From a virus (lineage: Duplodnaviria > Heunggongvirae > Uroviricota > Caudoviricetes): a DNA stretch of 64,000 nucleotides. Positions 49,624-60,484 of the stretch are shown here, in pieces. The notes under the pieces were generated by a model that saw nothing but the letters and a program-made list of their open reading frames with translations, was not told the DNA's origin and made no database searches. Where the stretch lies: IMG/VR virus record IMGVR_UViG_2877948078_000003; one strand, given 5' to 3'. The translations under genes and the position numbers were made by a program. The first letter of the stretch is position 1. Each line of letters begins with the position of its first letter.

Positions 49624-50039
49624 ATTACGCCACTGAAACCGATATGCGGGCGCGTTACCGCGAGGATTTGCTCAGGCCGTTACTGGCTGTGCCCCGTTCG
49701 GATGAGCCGGACACGCGCAAGCTGAACCGGGCGCTGACAGATGCGTCGGCGCTTATCGACAGCTATCTGTCCGCCCGTTACACGCTGCCGCTGGAGGTTA
49801 TCCCGGCAGTTCTTGTTCAGCACTGTTGCGCGATTGCCTTTTATTACCTGTGCGATCAGCGAGCCTCCGATCAGGCGCGTGACCGTTACCGTGAAGCGCT
49901 GGCCTGGCTGAAAGATGTCATGAACGGCAATGTGCCGGTAGGTGTGGATACGAACGGTGCGGCCCCTGAATCCGGGGATTTACCGCAGGTTCAGTCTGAT
50001 GCAGCGGTATTCGGGCGCAACCAGAAGGGCTTCATATGA
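49620..50039 (+). CDS. Hypothetical head-tail region protein (Mu gp36 position)
   Basis: 139-aa ORF. Confidence 0.5.
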   Translation: MNYATETDMRARYREDLLRPLLAVPRSDEPDTRKLNRALTDASALIDSYLSARYTLPLEVIPAVLVQHCCAIAFYYLCDQRASDQARDRYREALAWLKDVMNGNVPVGVDTNGAAPESGDLPQVQSDAAVFGRNQKGFI

Positions 50040-50599
50040 TTACGGAAACCGAACAGGCATACATCGCCCGTATCCGTGAGTATTTCGGGAATGAACTGGT
50101 GTCTGTTGACACGCATCCCGGCGACTGGAGCGACAGCGTACTGCGCACCATGCTGATTAACGCCCCGGCGATCTACGTTGCCTGGCTGGGTGCCGGTGAA
50201 GGCCGTACCCGTGGTCGCCTGGTCAGTCACTGGGTGTTCTACGTCATCGGCGACATGCTCAACGGGCGTGAGGCCAGCCGTCCCGGACTGTATCAGATTG
50301 TGGCCCGGCTGATTGCCGTGCTTAACGGCTTCAGAACCGAAAAAACTTCACCGCTTTACTTTGAAAAGGCGGTCAACGGTTACACCGAAACCCAGGCGGA
50401 CAGTGGTGCGGTGATGTATGCGCTTTATTTCTCCTGCGAGGAAATGATCGCACCGCTGACCGATATCAGCTCGCTGGACGACTTCCTGCGTCATTACGAA
50501 ACCTTCACCGAACCGGAAGGTACACCGGCATTTGAGGCACACATCAGCCTGCCTGGTGCAACCGCCGCCGGTGAAAAAGCCGGACCGTCAGAGGAATAA
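50036..50599 (+). CDS. Hypothetical head-tail region protein (Mu gp37 position)
   Basis: 187-aa ORF. Confidence 0.5.
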   Translation: MITETEQAYIARIREYFGNELVSVDTHPGDWSDSVLRTMLINAPAIYVAWLGAGEGRTRGRLVSHWVFYVIGDMLNGREASRPGLYQIVARLIAVLNGFRTEKTSPLYFEKAVNGYTETQADSGAVMYALYFSCEEMIAPLTDISSLDDFLRHYETFTEPEGTPAFEAHISLPGATAAGEKAGPSEE

Positions 50600-50602
50600 C
50601 AG

Positions 50603-50833
50603 ATGACAACCATTTTTATCAAACCCGCGCCGGGATGCCTGATTCGTGATCCCGACACAATGCGCCCGCTGGCACAGGAGGGGGAAGAAAAACCCTTCAC
50701 ACCGTTCTGGTGTCGGCGTCTTGATGACGGCGATGTGATTGAGATTGAAAAAACAGCCGGTTCTGCGGATGCACCGGCAGAAAAACCCGCAGCGACTGTA
50801 AAACCCGTGGCATCTGACAAGGAGGCTTCCTGA
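50603..50833 (+). CDS. Hypothetical small protein
   Basis: 76-aa ORF. Confidence 0.45.
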   Translation: MTTIFIKPAPGCLIRDPDTMRPLAQEGEEKPFTPFWCRRLDDGDVIEIEKTAGSADAPAEKPAATVKPVASDKEAS

Positions 50834-52314
50834 TGATCAACTTTGATTCCATCAGTAATACAAACCGTATTCCGCTTTTTCAGGCGGAATTCAATAACTC
50901 CATGGCGGTAACCGGTACTCCGCCGCAGCGTCAGTGTGTCCTGTTGTTCGGACAGAGAAGTTCTTCTGTTGGTGGTGTTATTAACGTTCCGTACCGTATC
51001 ACAAGGGCAGAACAGGCCGCCGAGCGCTGGGGAAGAGGCTCCATGATTGCCCGCATGGTGGCTGAATTTATTGCCATCAATCCTGATACAGAACTGTATG
51101 CCATCGCACAGGATAACGGGACAGGCAAAAACGACGCCGGAACGATTACGATGAGCGGAACATCCGTTGTTGACGGTGTGCTCAGTATTTATATCGCCGG
51201 TAAGGGGTATCCGGTGGCTGTCAGCAAAGGAGAAAAAGCGGCGGATGTTGCCGGAAAACTGGCTCTGCTCATAAATCAGGATCTGGATGCGCCTGTTGCT
51301 GCTGTGGCAAACGCCCCGTCAGACAATAGTGATGCCACAAAAAAAGTCATCGCACTGTCAGCAAAGTTCGTCAGCGAGTGTGACCATGATGTCCGGCTGA
51401 ATTACTACCCGGAGGATGTTGCTCCGCTGGGGATTACCGTGATCATCTCCGGTCGCTCAGCCGTCCCCAAAAACCCGGATATCACCCGCAGCGTGGCTGC
51501 GATGGGGGATCGGCAGTACAACTATATCGTCATGCCGTATAAAGATGCAGCCAATCTGAAGATTCTGGCGAACGAACTGCTGACGCGCTGGGGACCGGAA
51601 AAAATGAATGATGGTATGGTCTGGATGGCGCATACCGGTACGTTTGGTAATGTGTCCAGCTTCGGGGAGTCCAGAAATGATTTTCTGTTTACCTGTACCG
51701 CGATCCCAAAAGCACCGGAGCCGGATTATATCTGGGCAGCCACCCTGTGCGCCACCTGTGCGCCGTCTTTATCAGTCGATCCGGCGCGACCTCTGCAATC
51801 TCTGGCATTGCCTTCCCGACTGGCTCCGGCATTGTCTGCCCGCCTTACAAATGAGGAACGAAACAGTCTGTTGTATACGGGGATTTCCACAGTAACGGTG
51901 GGAGCCGGTGATGTGATGCAGATTGAGCGTCAGGTGACCATGTATCGCCAGAACGCATACGGCGAAAGCGATCCCAGCTATCTGGATGTGGAAACCATCT
52001 ACACCCTGTCATATCTGCGTTACTCCCTGCGGGTATTCATTACACAGCGTTTCCCCCGCCATAAGCTGGCAGATGACGGAACGCCTGTTGGTCCCGGACA
52101 GTTCATTGTGACACCGCAGATCATGAAGCTCCAGTTGATTGCTCTGGGTGAAGAGTGGATTGAACAGGGGCTGGTCGAGAATATGGAGGTATTTAAAAAC
52201 AATCTGCTTGTGGAGCGTAACGCAACCGATCGTAACCGTCTGGATGTGATGTGTACACCGGACCTGGTTAACCAGTTCCGCTTCATGGCAGCGCAGATCC
52301 GTTTCATTTTGTGA
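50833..52314 (+). CDS. Contractile tail sheath protein
   Basis: 493 aa, followed by tube gene. Confidence 0.85.
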   Translation: MINFDSISNTNRIPLFQAEFNNSMAVTGTPPQRQCVLLFGQRSSSVGGVINVPYRITRAEQAAERWGRGSMIARMVAEFIAINPDTELYAIAQDNGTGKNDAGTITMSGTSVVDGVLSIYIAGKGYPVAVSKGEKAADVAGKLALLINQDLDAPVAAVANAPSDNSDATKKVIALSAKFVSECDHDVRLNYYPEDVAPLGITVIISGRSAVPKNPDITRSVAAMGDRQYNYIVMPYKDAANLKILANELLTRWGPEKMNDGMVWMAHTGTFGNVSSFGESRNDFLFTCTAIPKAPEPDYIWAATLCATCAPSLSVDPARPLQSLALPSRLAPALSARLTNEERNSLLYTGISTVTVGAGDVMQIERQVTMYRQNAYGESDPSYLDVETIYTLSYLRYSLRVFITQRFPRHKLADDGTPVGPGQFIVTPQIMKLQLIALGEEWIEQGLVENMEVFKNNLLVERNATDRNRLDVMCTPDLVNQFRFMAAQIRFIL

Positions 52315-52322
52315 GGTAAGGC

Positions 52323-52688
52323 ATGAGCGGAAAACAGTATCAGGGCACGGCCACTATCCGTGTGAACGGTCAGGAATACTCCACCCTTGAGGGGGCCACG
52401 TTCTCCCCGTCCGGCTTTGAGCGTGAAGTGGTGAAAGGCGCAAAAGTCTATGGCTATCGCGAGAAACCACGTGAAGCGACGCTGGACTGCAAATTTCCGG
52501 CAGGCGGAGACGGTTCACCGGCTGCTGATGAAATCAACACCTGGACTGCGGTCACCATCGAGTTTGTGGCGGACACCGGCGAAGTCCACATGATGACGAA
52601 GGCCTGGAGCAGTGAACCGGCCTCACTTGACGGTGGCGGGGAGATCTCCGCGAAGTTCGCCAGTGCCACCAGTACCCGTGTCCAGTAA
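52323..52688 (+). CDS. Tail tube protein
   Basis: 121 aa directly after the sheath gene. Confidence 0.8.
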   Translation: MSGKQYQGTATIRVNGQEYSTLEGATFSPSGFEREVVKGAKVYGYREKPREATLDCKFPAGGDGSPAADEINTWTAVTIEFVADTGEVHMMTKAWSSEPASLDGGGEISAKFASATSTRVQ

Positions 52689-52702
52689 TCAGGAAAAATA
52701 AA

Positions 52703-53179
52703 ATGACCACACGTAAGAAAAAAACAGCGGTTTCTGACGAAGCCGTTATTGAGGCTATCCGTGATGCACTTGAGGACGGCGATCCACGCACCGCCGGTCT
52801 GGCTGAACAACTGGCGAAAGGCTATGTGGATCTGCTTGATGGTCTGCCATTCGGTGAGTCCCGTGAATACCGCGTCACCTTCCGTGAACTGACGGCGAAA
52901 GACAGCATTGATGCGGAAACCGATGCTGAACGTCTTATGGAAACCCGAAATGGCCCGGTTCTGGTGGCATCACCGGCCCTGCGCGGTATTGCGCTGCTGC
53001 GTCGCCAGATTGCCGCTGTCGGTGACATTCAGGGGCCGTTGTCACAACGCCAGATTGGACAGTTAAGCGAGCGCGATCTCTCCCGTCTGATGGCAGCGGT
53101 CAGCCTGCTGGATACAGCGCTTGCCGGAAAGCTGGCGGCTGATCGGGGGCGAGCAGGCGCAGTGTCGGGCGCAGATTGA
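52703..53179 (+). CDS. Tail assembly chaperone candidate
   Basis: 158-aa ORF between tube and tape measure; overlapping downstream ORF 53121-53303 in another frame. Confidence 0.55.
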   Translation: MTTRKKKTAVSDEAVIEAIRDALEDGDPRTAGLAEQLAKGYVDLLDGLPFGESREYRVTFRELTAKDSIDAETDAERLMETRNGPVLVASPALRGIALLRRQIAAVGDIQGPLSQRQIGQLSERDLSRLMAAVSLLDTALAGKLAADRGRAGAVSGAD

Positions 53180-53306
53180 AGAAGCGGCAATAGTGCTGGG
53201 GATGGTGACCAGAAGCGGCCCGGAATGGGCACTTAACCTCCCCTTATCGCAACTTTACCGGCACTGCCAACAAACGGAAAAAATTCTCAGAACGAAGCAG
53301 TAATCC

Positions 53307-55361
53307 ATGGCAAAAAACCTGAAAGCCTCCCTGATTGTCGATTTACTCGGCAATGTTTCCGCCAAATCCCGCCAGTGGTCACAGGAGCTGGGAGCGTTCT
53401 CCCGCGTCGGCAGGACGGGGCTGGGTGGTATTGGAAATGCAGCCCGCCGTGCCGGTCAGGAGACAGAGCTTGTCGGCTCCCGTATGCAGCGTACGCTTGC
53501 CGGTGTCCGTGGCAGTATCCGCACGGTAACGTCGGATTTTGACCGTCTTCAGGGCAGTATTACCGGCACACTGGGACGTCTCAGCAACCTTTACGGGATG
53601 CTGGCAGGAGGGGCTGCGGTCTACGGTTTTAATAAAGCCTTTATCCGCCCGGCCGCAGAGATGGAGAACTATATTCTGCGTCTCAATGCCATTAATCATG
53701 GCGATACGGCAAAAACGGAAGCAGTGAAAGCCTGGGCGGTACAGAACGCAAAGGAAACCACCTGGGGGCTGGCGGGGGTTATGCAGGAATACGCCTCCAG
53801 TCGCGGGTTCGGTATGAGTGACAGGGAAGCCCGCCGCTTTATTACCATGCTTCAGGATCAGGGCGGCTATCACGGCTGGTCACTGTCAGATGCACAGGGT
53901 GCGTCCCTGCAACTCAAACAGATGTTTGCCCGCCAGAGTATCCAGGCCGCGGACGCCAGTATCCTGACCGGATACGGGATAAACGTTTACCAGTTGCTGG
54001 CCGATAAACTGGGTGTAAACCAGAAGACCATCCGTGAGAAAGGCGAGAAAGGAAAACTGGGACCGGACAGCATTCGGCTGTTATTTCAGGTGATGGCCGA
54101 ACAGGCAAAAGGTGCCCAGAAAAACGCCATGAACTCATGGACAGGGATGACATCCATGATGGGCGACGTCTGGGACGGATTTGCCCGTGAAGTAATGGCA
54201 AAAGGGCCATTTGACAGCCTGAAAAAGAGCCTGAAAGGCTTCCTGGATTATGCCGATGCGGCACAGAAAAGCGGCTTACAGGACAAGCTGGCCACACAAA
54301 CAGCCTCAGCCCTGAATCAGGGGTTTGAGTATGCCAGAGACGCAGCGACGGGTTTTTACCGGGCCATTCAGAAAGTCAGGGAAACGCTTCAGGCATTGCG
54401 TGACGCTGGTTATGGCGATGCGCTGAATCGCATTGGTCAGGGCGCACAGACCGCCGCGAAATATCTCCTGTATATGTATCTCGCCACCCGTGCGCTGAAG
54501 GCTGTCCGCGCCATAGGTCTTGGGGCACTGCGACCGGGGGCGGCATTGTTGGGGTACGGGTTATCCACGGCCGCTGTGCTGACCTCGCCTTTTCGTAAAC
54601 CGCAGACCACCGTTCCGGGCACGCAGCCAGGACGTGGCCAGCGTTTTATGAACTTTCTTACCGGGGTAAATCCTGCTGCCGTTCAGCCCGTACTGGTCAC
54701 CAACTGGCCTGCGGGTGGTCTGGCATCAGGTGGCGGGGATGTGGTGGTCAGCGGTGACGGCAAAACCGTGCGCGGTCGTAAAAAACGCGGCCCCGGACGT
54801 GGGCGGGGTGTTTCGACCGTTGTGACCGCAGGCGAACAACTGGCAGAGAGTGCCGGTAAACAGGGCTTCTTCGGTCGAATGATGAGCCGTGCCGGTGGTC
54901 TGCTTTCGGCTGCCGGAAACCGCATGGGACTGGGGCGTTTTGCCGGGCTTTTCCGTGGTGCTGGTCGGCTGGGTGGTGGTGCCCTGTGGGCCGGTGCCAT
55001 GGCGGCTCCTGTACTGCTGGACAGCAGTGCCAGTGCCGTTGATAAAGCCGGTGCCGTGGGTTCCCTTGCCGGAAGTATCGCCGGTGGTGCGCTGGGGGCT
55101 GCCGCCGGTCCGGTCGGGGTTGCCATTGGTTCCACGGTGGGCAGTTATCTCGGTGATTATCTGGGGGGATGGCTGACCGAAGCCTGGCAGAAATTACGGG
55201 GCAGTGATGAAAATGGCGGACAGGCCACCGCGAAAACCGCCGCACGGGTGGAGCTTGTGGCCCCTGAAGGCTGGCGGGCACGCAGTATTGATGTGGATGA
55301 TACCGTACAGCATGGCCTGGATGTGAACGTCTGGAACGGAGGGAACTATGGCCTCTACTGA
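53307..55361 (+). CDS. Tail tape measure protein
   Basis: 684 aa, Gly/Ala-rich, position. Confidence 0.8.
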   Translation: MAKNLKASLIVDLLGNVSAKSRQWSQELGAFSRVGRTGLGGIGNAARRAGQETELVGSRMQRTLAGVRGSIRTVTSDFDRLQGSITGTLGRLSNLYGMLAGGAAVYGFNKAFIRPAAEMENYILRLNAINHGDTAKTEAVKAWAVQNAKETTWGLAGVMQEYASSRGFGMSDREARRFITMLQDQGGYHGWSLSDAQGASLQLKQMFARQSIQAADASILTGYGINVYQLLADKLGVNQKTIREKGEKGKLGPDSIRLLFQVMAEQAKGAQKNAMNSWTGMTSMMGDVWDGFAREVMAKGPFDSLKKSLKGFLDYADAAQKSGLQDKLATQTASALNQGFEYARDAATGFYRAIQKVRETLQALRDAGYGDALNRIGQGAQTAAKYLLYMYLATRALKAVRAIGLGALRPGAALLGYGLSTAAVLTSPFRKPQTTVPGTQPGRGQRFMNFLTGVNPAAVQPVLVTNWPAGGLASGGGDVVVSGDGKTVRGRKKRGPGRGRGVSTVVTAGEQLAESAGKQGFFGRMMSRAGGLLSAAGNRMGLGRFAGLFRGAGRLGGGALWAGAMAAPVLLDSSASAVDKAGAVGSLAGSIAGGALGAAAGPVGVAIGSTVGSYLGDYLGGWLTEAWQKLRGSDENGGQATAKTAARVELVAPEGWRARSIDVDDTVQHGLDVNVWNGGNYGLY

Positions 55362-56706
55362 CACGCCGGGGCGTGGCTCCTTTCGTGGTGTACCGTTTCT
55401 GGTTTATCAGGAACAACGGGAACGGGGCGGACGTAACATTGTACGCCGTGAATATCCTCTGCGGGAAAGCGGCGGCGCGGATGATTTGGGGCCAAAACTC
55501 CCGGAGTTTACATTCACGGCTCTTGTGATCGGCGATGATCTTCAGACGCAGCGAAGCCGCCTGCGGGATGCGCTGCGGGCACCCGGTGCCGGTGAACTGA
55601 TGCACCCGGATTACGGCACCTTAAACGTGCTGATAAACAGCTTTGAAAGCCGTTATAACGCCAGCGAACAGGGAACGGTTGAGTTCACAATCAACGTGAT
55701 CCCCGCCTGTGATGATACCGCACCGGCGGTGGCTGAAGACACGGCTGCCGTTCTGGAGCAGAAAAGCGGTTCAGCAATGAATCAGTTGTTTAACACGCTT
55801 TCAGACGGCTGGACAGTGATTTCAGACGGCCTGCATGATGTGCAGGCCATGACCGACACCATCAGCGATAAAATTGATGCGCTGGAGAATGCCGTTTCGG
55901 GAATGGGGATTGTGCAGGATATCAGTGCCTTTACGGCCAGTTTCACTGCCCTGAAAGGGAATGCTGCCGCCCTGATTAATTCGCCCCGTCGCATGGCTGA
56001 ATCTCTGGCCGGAATGTTTGCGGTGCTGACGGGACTGCCCGGCGATCCTTCCCTGTCACTGACCGGGAAGGCCGCAACGCCGTCCGGCAGCCTGACCACA
56101 AACCGTGACAGCATGACAGAGCAGGCAATGCCGCAACTGTACCGCACACTTTCTTCCCTGCGTTATACCCTCAGCGGGCAGGATGATCCGCAGATCCTGA
56201 TTGGTCTGACGCCTGCGGCACAGAAAAATATCTGTCTTCTGCGGACAGTCATGCAGAGCGCAACCCTGGTGTCACAGGCGCAGACGGTAGGAAAACTGCT
56301 GGATCAGGTCGTCCGGCAGAGTGCGACGCACGTTCAGGATACTGACCGGGAGGGCGGACTGGCCTGGCTGGAAAGTTCTGCCGATGTGCAGCGGCTCAAC
56401 CGGGATTTGAGTGATGCCCTGGAACAACAGGTGCTGGATTTGTCCGCACAGGGCCATACCGGAACCGCCCTTGCATTACGTGATGCCAGGCTTGCGCTGA
56501 CAGAGGATTTAACAACGCGTAGCGTGCATCTTCCCGGCGCTTCTCAGGTCATGGTGCGAACCACCGAACCGGCACTGGTCACGCTGTACCGTGCCACCGG
56601 CAACAGCCGTCGCTGGCAGTATTTTGTCCGCAGGAACAACATCCCTGATCCGGTTTTTGTTCCTGGTGGTCGCAGTGTGGAGGTGATCAGTGAGCAGCAT
56701 GATTGA
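55348..56706 (+). CDS. DNA circularization protein (Mu N-like)
   Basis: 452 aa after the tape measure. Confidence 0.7.
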   Translation: MASTDTPGRGSFRGVPFLVYQEQRERGGRNIVRREYPLRESGGADDLGPKLPEFTFTALVIGDDLQTQRSRLRDALRAPGAGELMHPDYGTLNVLINSFESRYNASEQGTVEFTINVIPACDDTAPAVAEDTAAVLEQKSGSAMNQLFNTLSDGWTVISDGLHDVQAMTDTISDKIDALENAVSGMGIVQDISAFTASFTALKGNAAALINSPRRMAESLAGMFAVLTGLPGDPSLSLTGKAATPSGSLTTNRDSMTEQAMPQLYRTLSSLRYTLSGQDDPQILIGLTPAAQKNICLLRTVMQSATLVSQAQTVGKLLDQVVRQSATHVQDTDREGGLAWLESSADVQRLNRDLSDALEQQVLDLSAQGHTGTALALRDARLALTEDLTTRSVHLPGASQVMVRTTEPALVTLYRATGNSRRWQYFVRRNNIPDPVFVPGGRSVEVISEQHD

Positions 56707-57817
56707 GCTGTATATTGGTGGCAGTATTTTTTCCGGCTGGCTGACAGTAAGCGTCCGTCGTTCTCTGGAGCATCTGGCCGGGTCGTTTGAACTGGGGCTG
56801 ATGCTGCCCGGTGAGCGCATCCCCTCAGCCCTGCGGACCGGTCAGTCCCTGACGCTCAGAATTAACGGGCAGACGGTCATCAGTGGCTGGCTGGATCAGG
56901 TCAGTCAGCGGATCAGTGCAACCCGTCATCAGATCAGCATCAGCGGTCGGGATAAAACCGGCGACCTGGTGGACTGTGCCGCCATCCATCCCGGCAGTCA
57001 GTGGCGAAACCGGACGCTGGCACAGATTGCCGCAGATTTATGTGCGCCCTTCGGAATAGCCGTGCGCTGGCAGGTTAACGACGACACGGCTGCACGCCCC
57101 TTCAGCTCTTTTACCCTGGAAAACTCAGAAACCGTGGCGGATGCGCTGACCCGTGCGGCCCGGCATCGTGGGGTGCTGGTGACCAGTAATGCTGACGGCG
57201 ATCTGGTGTTCACCCAGGCAGGAAATCAGCAGACGGACAGACTGGTGCTGGGGGAAAACCTGCTTGATGCCGATTACAACACGGACTGGCGCGGACGATA
57301 CAGCGAATACCGTGTCCGGGGGCATGGACGCGGTGGTGGCAAACGGGGAGACAGCGAATCCGCCGCCCGGCTGGCGGCCCCTGTGGGTGTCATCAGTGAT
57401 GATCAGATCGGTCGCTACCGGCCGAAAATCATCCTCGCCGATCAGCAGACAGACACCACCGGTGCACGGCAGCGCGCCCTGCGGGAGATGCGCCGTGCGG
57501 TTGCCCGTTCAGAGCGGTTTTCCGCCACCGTGCGTGGCTGGTTCCGGGATGATGGCCGGTTATGGGATGTCAATCTGCTGACCGGTGTTTCGGCCCTGCG
57601 TTTCGGTATCGAACAGACTGAGCTGCTGGTCTGCCAGGTGGAGTTTTTACTGGATGAACAGAACGGGGAAGTCACCCGGCTGGTCCTGGCACCGCGTGAC
57701 GGCTTTATCGTTCCGGCAGAGCCGGACAGCAAAGGCCGTGGCGGTGGTTACGGTGACGATGTTGATGCCTTTATTCGCCAGCAGATGAAAAAACAGGGGA
57801 TCAGCTTTGATGAATGA
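56690..57817 (+). CDS. Baseplate hub protein (Mu gp44 / gpD-like)
   Basis: 375 aa; position. Confidence 0.7.
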   Translation: MSSMIELYIGGSIFSGWLTVSVRRSLEHLAGSFELGLMLPGERIPSALRTGQSLTLRINGQTVISGWLDQVSQRISATRHQISISGRDKTGDLVDCAAIHPGSQWRNRTLAQIAADLCAPFGIAVRWQVNDDTAARPFSSFTLENSETVADALTRAARHRGVLVTSNADGDLVFTQAGNQQTDRLVLGENLLDADYNTDWRGRYSEYRVRGHGRGGGKRGDSESAARLAAPVGVISDDQIGRYRPKIILADQQTDTTGARQRALREMRRAVARSERFSATVRGWFRDDGRLWDVNLLTGVSALRFGIEQTELLVCQVEFLLDEQNGEVTRLVLAPRDGFIVPAEPDSKGRGGGYGDDVDAFIRQQMKKQGISFDE

Positions 57818-58421
57818 TGAAGTGTTCAGCCGCCTGATTGCCCCGGTAACGCGCGGCATTCGCCTGTTGTTTGGCCGGGGCGTTCTGACCGGCACACATG
57901 ACGAACTGAAAATGCAGAATGTGCAGCTCACCGGCATGGACGGCGAAACCTTTGATGATGTGGAGCGTCCCCAGCAGTACGGGCAGATCAGCGTTCCCCT
58001 GCCGGGTGCGGAAACCTTTTTTGCCTGTCTGGGCGGGCAGCGTGATCAGACCGTGGTGCTTGTGGTGGAAGACCGCCGCAGTCGCCCGACCGGACTCACT
58101 GCCGGAGATACCGGCGTGTATCACCATGAGGGACACCGTATACGTCTTACCCGCGACGGGAGGATCATCGTGACCTGTAAGACGCTGGAGATTTACGCCG
58201 ATGAAGGTGTTCAGGTGGATACACCGGAAGCCACTTTTACGGGCAATGTCACGGTGGATAAAAACCTGCATATCAAAGGTAATCTGACCATTGACGGCAC
58301 AGGAAAATCACAGGGTACGTTCACGATGTCCGAGGCTGTTATTGCCGGAATCACCTATTCCGGCCATGTACATCATGATAACGGTGAAGGCAGTAAGACA
58401 GGAGCGCCGGAGAATGGCTGA
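57807..58421 (+). CDS. Baseplate assembly/spike protein (Mu gp45-like)
   Basis: 204 aa; position. Confidence 0.7.
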   Translation: MMNDEVFSRLIAPVTRGIRLLFGRGVLTGTHDELKMQNVQLTGMDGETFDDVERPQQYGQISVPLPGAETFFACLGGQRDQTVVLVVEDRRSRPTGLTAGDTGVYHHEGHRIRLTRDGRIIVTCKTLEIYADEGVQVDTPEATFTGNVTVDKNLHIKGNLTIDGTGKSQGTFTMSEAVIAGITYSGHVHHDNGEGSKTGAPENG

Positions 58422-58851
58422 TATTGCAATTGTGTGGGATAAGGGATGCGGTTCGCTGCAACTGAACGGTGCAGACCTGCTGACAGATGACAGCCTGATG
58501 ACAGCGGTTCTGATTTCACTGTTCACTGACCGCCGGGCACTGACGTCGGATGAAATCCCTGATGGCACTCGTGACCGCCGGGGATGGTGGGGAGACAGCT
58601 TTCGCCAGCGTCCCATTGGCTCCCGTCTGTGGCTTCTCAGCCGGGAAAAAACGCTGGCCTCTGTGATAAGCCGTGCCCGTGCCTACGCGGATGAGGCGCT
58701 GGGCTGGCTCAGTCAGGATGGCGTGGCGTCATCCGTGGTCTGTCATGCAGAACGTGTGGGGCACGCGCGGCTGGCGCTTTCGGTGCGCATAACCCTGCCT
58801 GATGGTTCGGTAAGACCCATGATTTTTTATGCTGATCTTAAGGGGGAGTAA
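58414..58851 (+). CDS. Baseplate protein (Mu gp46-like)
   Basis: Start at internal ATG 58414 with AGGAG SD; position. Confidence 0.7.
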   Translation: MADIAIVWDKGCGSLQLNGADLLTDDSLMTAVLISLFTDRRALTSDEIPDGTRDRRGWWGDSFRQRPIGSRLWLLSREKTLASVISRARAYADEALGWLSQDGVASSVVCHAERVGHARLALSVRITLPDGSVRPMIFYADLKGE

Positions 58852-59933
58852 TGCCTTATCAGCCTTTACCGCTGGCACAGTTAATCACGCAGACACAGCA
58901 GGATATCAGCCAGCGTCTTCCCGGTTCGCAGCCGGGCGTGAATGAAACCACCCTGAATGCCATTGCGTATGCTCAGGCAGGATTGTCTGCACAGGAGCAT
59001 GAACATCTGGCCTGGATTGCACGTCAGATCATCCCGACAGAAGCCGATGAAGCCGAGTTGCTGAAGCACTGCGCTTTCTGGGGTGTCATGCGTAAACCCG
59101 CCTCACGGGGTGACGGGCCGGTTCAGCTGATGCTGACCACGGATGCGGGGATCACGGAAGGTGTGCTTCTCCAGCGCAGTGACGGCGTGGTTTACCGCAT
59201 CACCTCCTCACTGACCGGTAAAGCCGGTACGCTGAATGTCAGTGTGGAGGCCGAAAGTGCCGGTCGTGCGGGAAATGCCCCGGCAGGGACGAAACTGACG
59301 TTTGTCACTCCGCAGGCGGGGATCAACCAGACGGCCACGGTGACCGGAACAGGGATCACCGGTGGTGCGGATGTGGAAACGGTGCCGGAGCTGCTTTCCC
59401 GTCTGGTTTTCCGGGTGCAGAATCCGCCGTCCGGCGGTACACAGTACGATTTTGAACGCTGGGCGCGTGAAGTGCCGGGGGTGACGCGGGCATGGTGCCG
59501 CCCGGAATGGCCGCAGGCGGGCTGCGTGGGGGTGACGTTCGTTCAGGACAACAACCCGGACATTTTTCCCGGTGAAGGTGATGTGAAACGTGTGGCGGAT
59601 TATATCCGCAGTCATGATGATCCGGCGACCGGTCAGCCTGTCGGTCAGCCGCTGGGGCCGACGGTGACCGTGTTTAAACTGACCAATAAGCCAGTGCCCT
59701 TCAGTATCAGGATCATCCCGAAAACACCGGAGAATCAGGCGGCAGTAAAACAGGCACTGACCGACCTGTTATACAACGAATCCCGCCCCGGCGGTCTGGT
59801 TCTGGCGTCGTCTTTCTGGCGTGCCGTGGCGGGGGTGAAAAATCTGGAGGATTTTGAAGTGCGCAGCCCGCTGACGTCGGTTCAGGCGGGAGACAGCGAG
59901 CTGCTGACAGTGGGGGAAATCACATGGCTGTAA
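58851..59933 (+). CDS. Baseplate J-like protein (Mu gp47-like)
   Basis: 360 aa; position. Confidence 0.8.
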   Translation: MPYQPLPLAQLITQTQQDISQRLPGSQPGVNETTLNAIAYAQAGLSAQEHEHLAWIARQIIPTEADEAELLKHCAFWGVMRKPASRGDGPVQLMLTTDAGITEGVLLQRSDGVVYRITSSLTGKAGTLNVSVEAESAGRAGNAPAGTKLTFVTPQAGINQTATVTGTGITGGADVETVPELLSRLVFRVQNPPSGGTQYDFERWAREVPGVTRAWCRPEWPQAGCVGVTFVQDNNPDIFPGEGDVKRVADYIRSHDDPATGQPVGQPLGPTVTVFKLTNKPVPFSIRIIPKTPENQAAVKQALTDLLYNESRPGGLVLASSFWRAVAGVKNLEDFEVRSPLTSVQAGDSELLTVGEITWL

Positions 59934-60484
59934 CCCTCACTCCGCATCAGCGCGCCCTGTTGCAGTTGCTGCCTGACGGACTGGCCTGGGACAAGCGGCC
60001 GTCATCCGTACTGGCTGCGTTATGCCTTGGCCTCAGCCATTCCACCGAACGTGTTGCATGGACGGGAAAACAACTGCTGGCAGAACGTTTCCCTGACAGT
60101 TCCCGTCTGCTTCTGGAAGACTGGGAGCGTTATCTCGGCCTTCCCGAGTGTGATATGGCCGGAGCCACCATCACAGAACGACAGCGTTATGCCGGGAATA
60201 AATACCGGATGAAACCTTCGCTGAACCGTGAATTTTATATCCGGTTTGCGGCAGAGTTTGGTTATGAAATAGATATTCAGCCATCACCGTATTCACAGTG
60301 GGTCAGTATTGTCACGATAAACAGTGAAACCGGCTACCGGAATATGAATGTGCTGGATGATATTCTCACCCCGCTGCGTATTTATGAGGGCGGTGCGCTG
60401 GAATGTATTCTGAACCGTTATAAGCCTGCATGGCAGACGTTTATTTACGTGTATGCAAACAGTCACGAGGAGGAGAATATTTAA
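59924..60484 (+). CDS. Tail protein (Mu gp48-like)
   Basis: 186 aa; position. Confidence 0.7.
   Translation: MAVTLTPHQRALLQLLPDGLAWDKRPSSVLAALCLGLSHSTERVAWTGKQLLAERFPDSSRLLLEDWERYLGLPECDMAGATITERQRYAGNKYRMKPSLNREFYIRFAAEFGYEIDIQPSPYSQWVSIVTINSETGYRNMNVLDDILTPLRIYEGGALECILNRYKPAWQTFIYVYANSHEEENI

Noticed and set aside
54683-55605. Minus-strand ORFs 54683-55135 and 54748-55605 inside the Mu-like tape measure gene
   Set aside because: Antisense to a long conserved structural gene; Pro/His/Arg-rich low-complexity translation.
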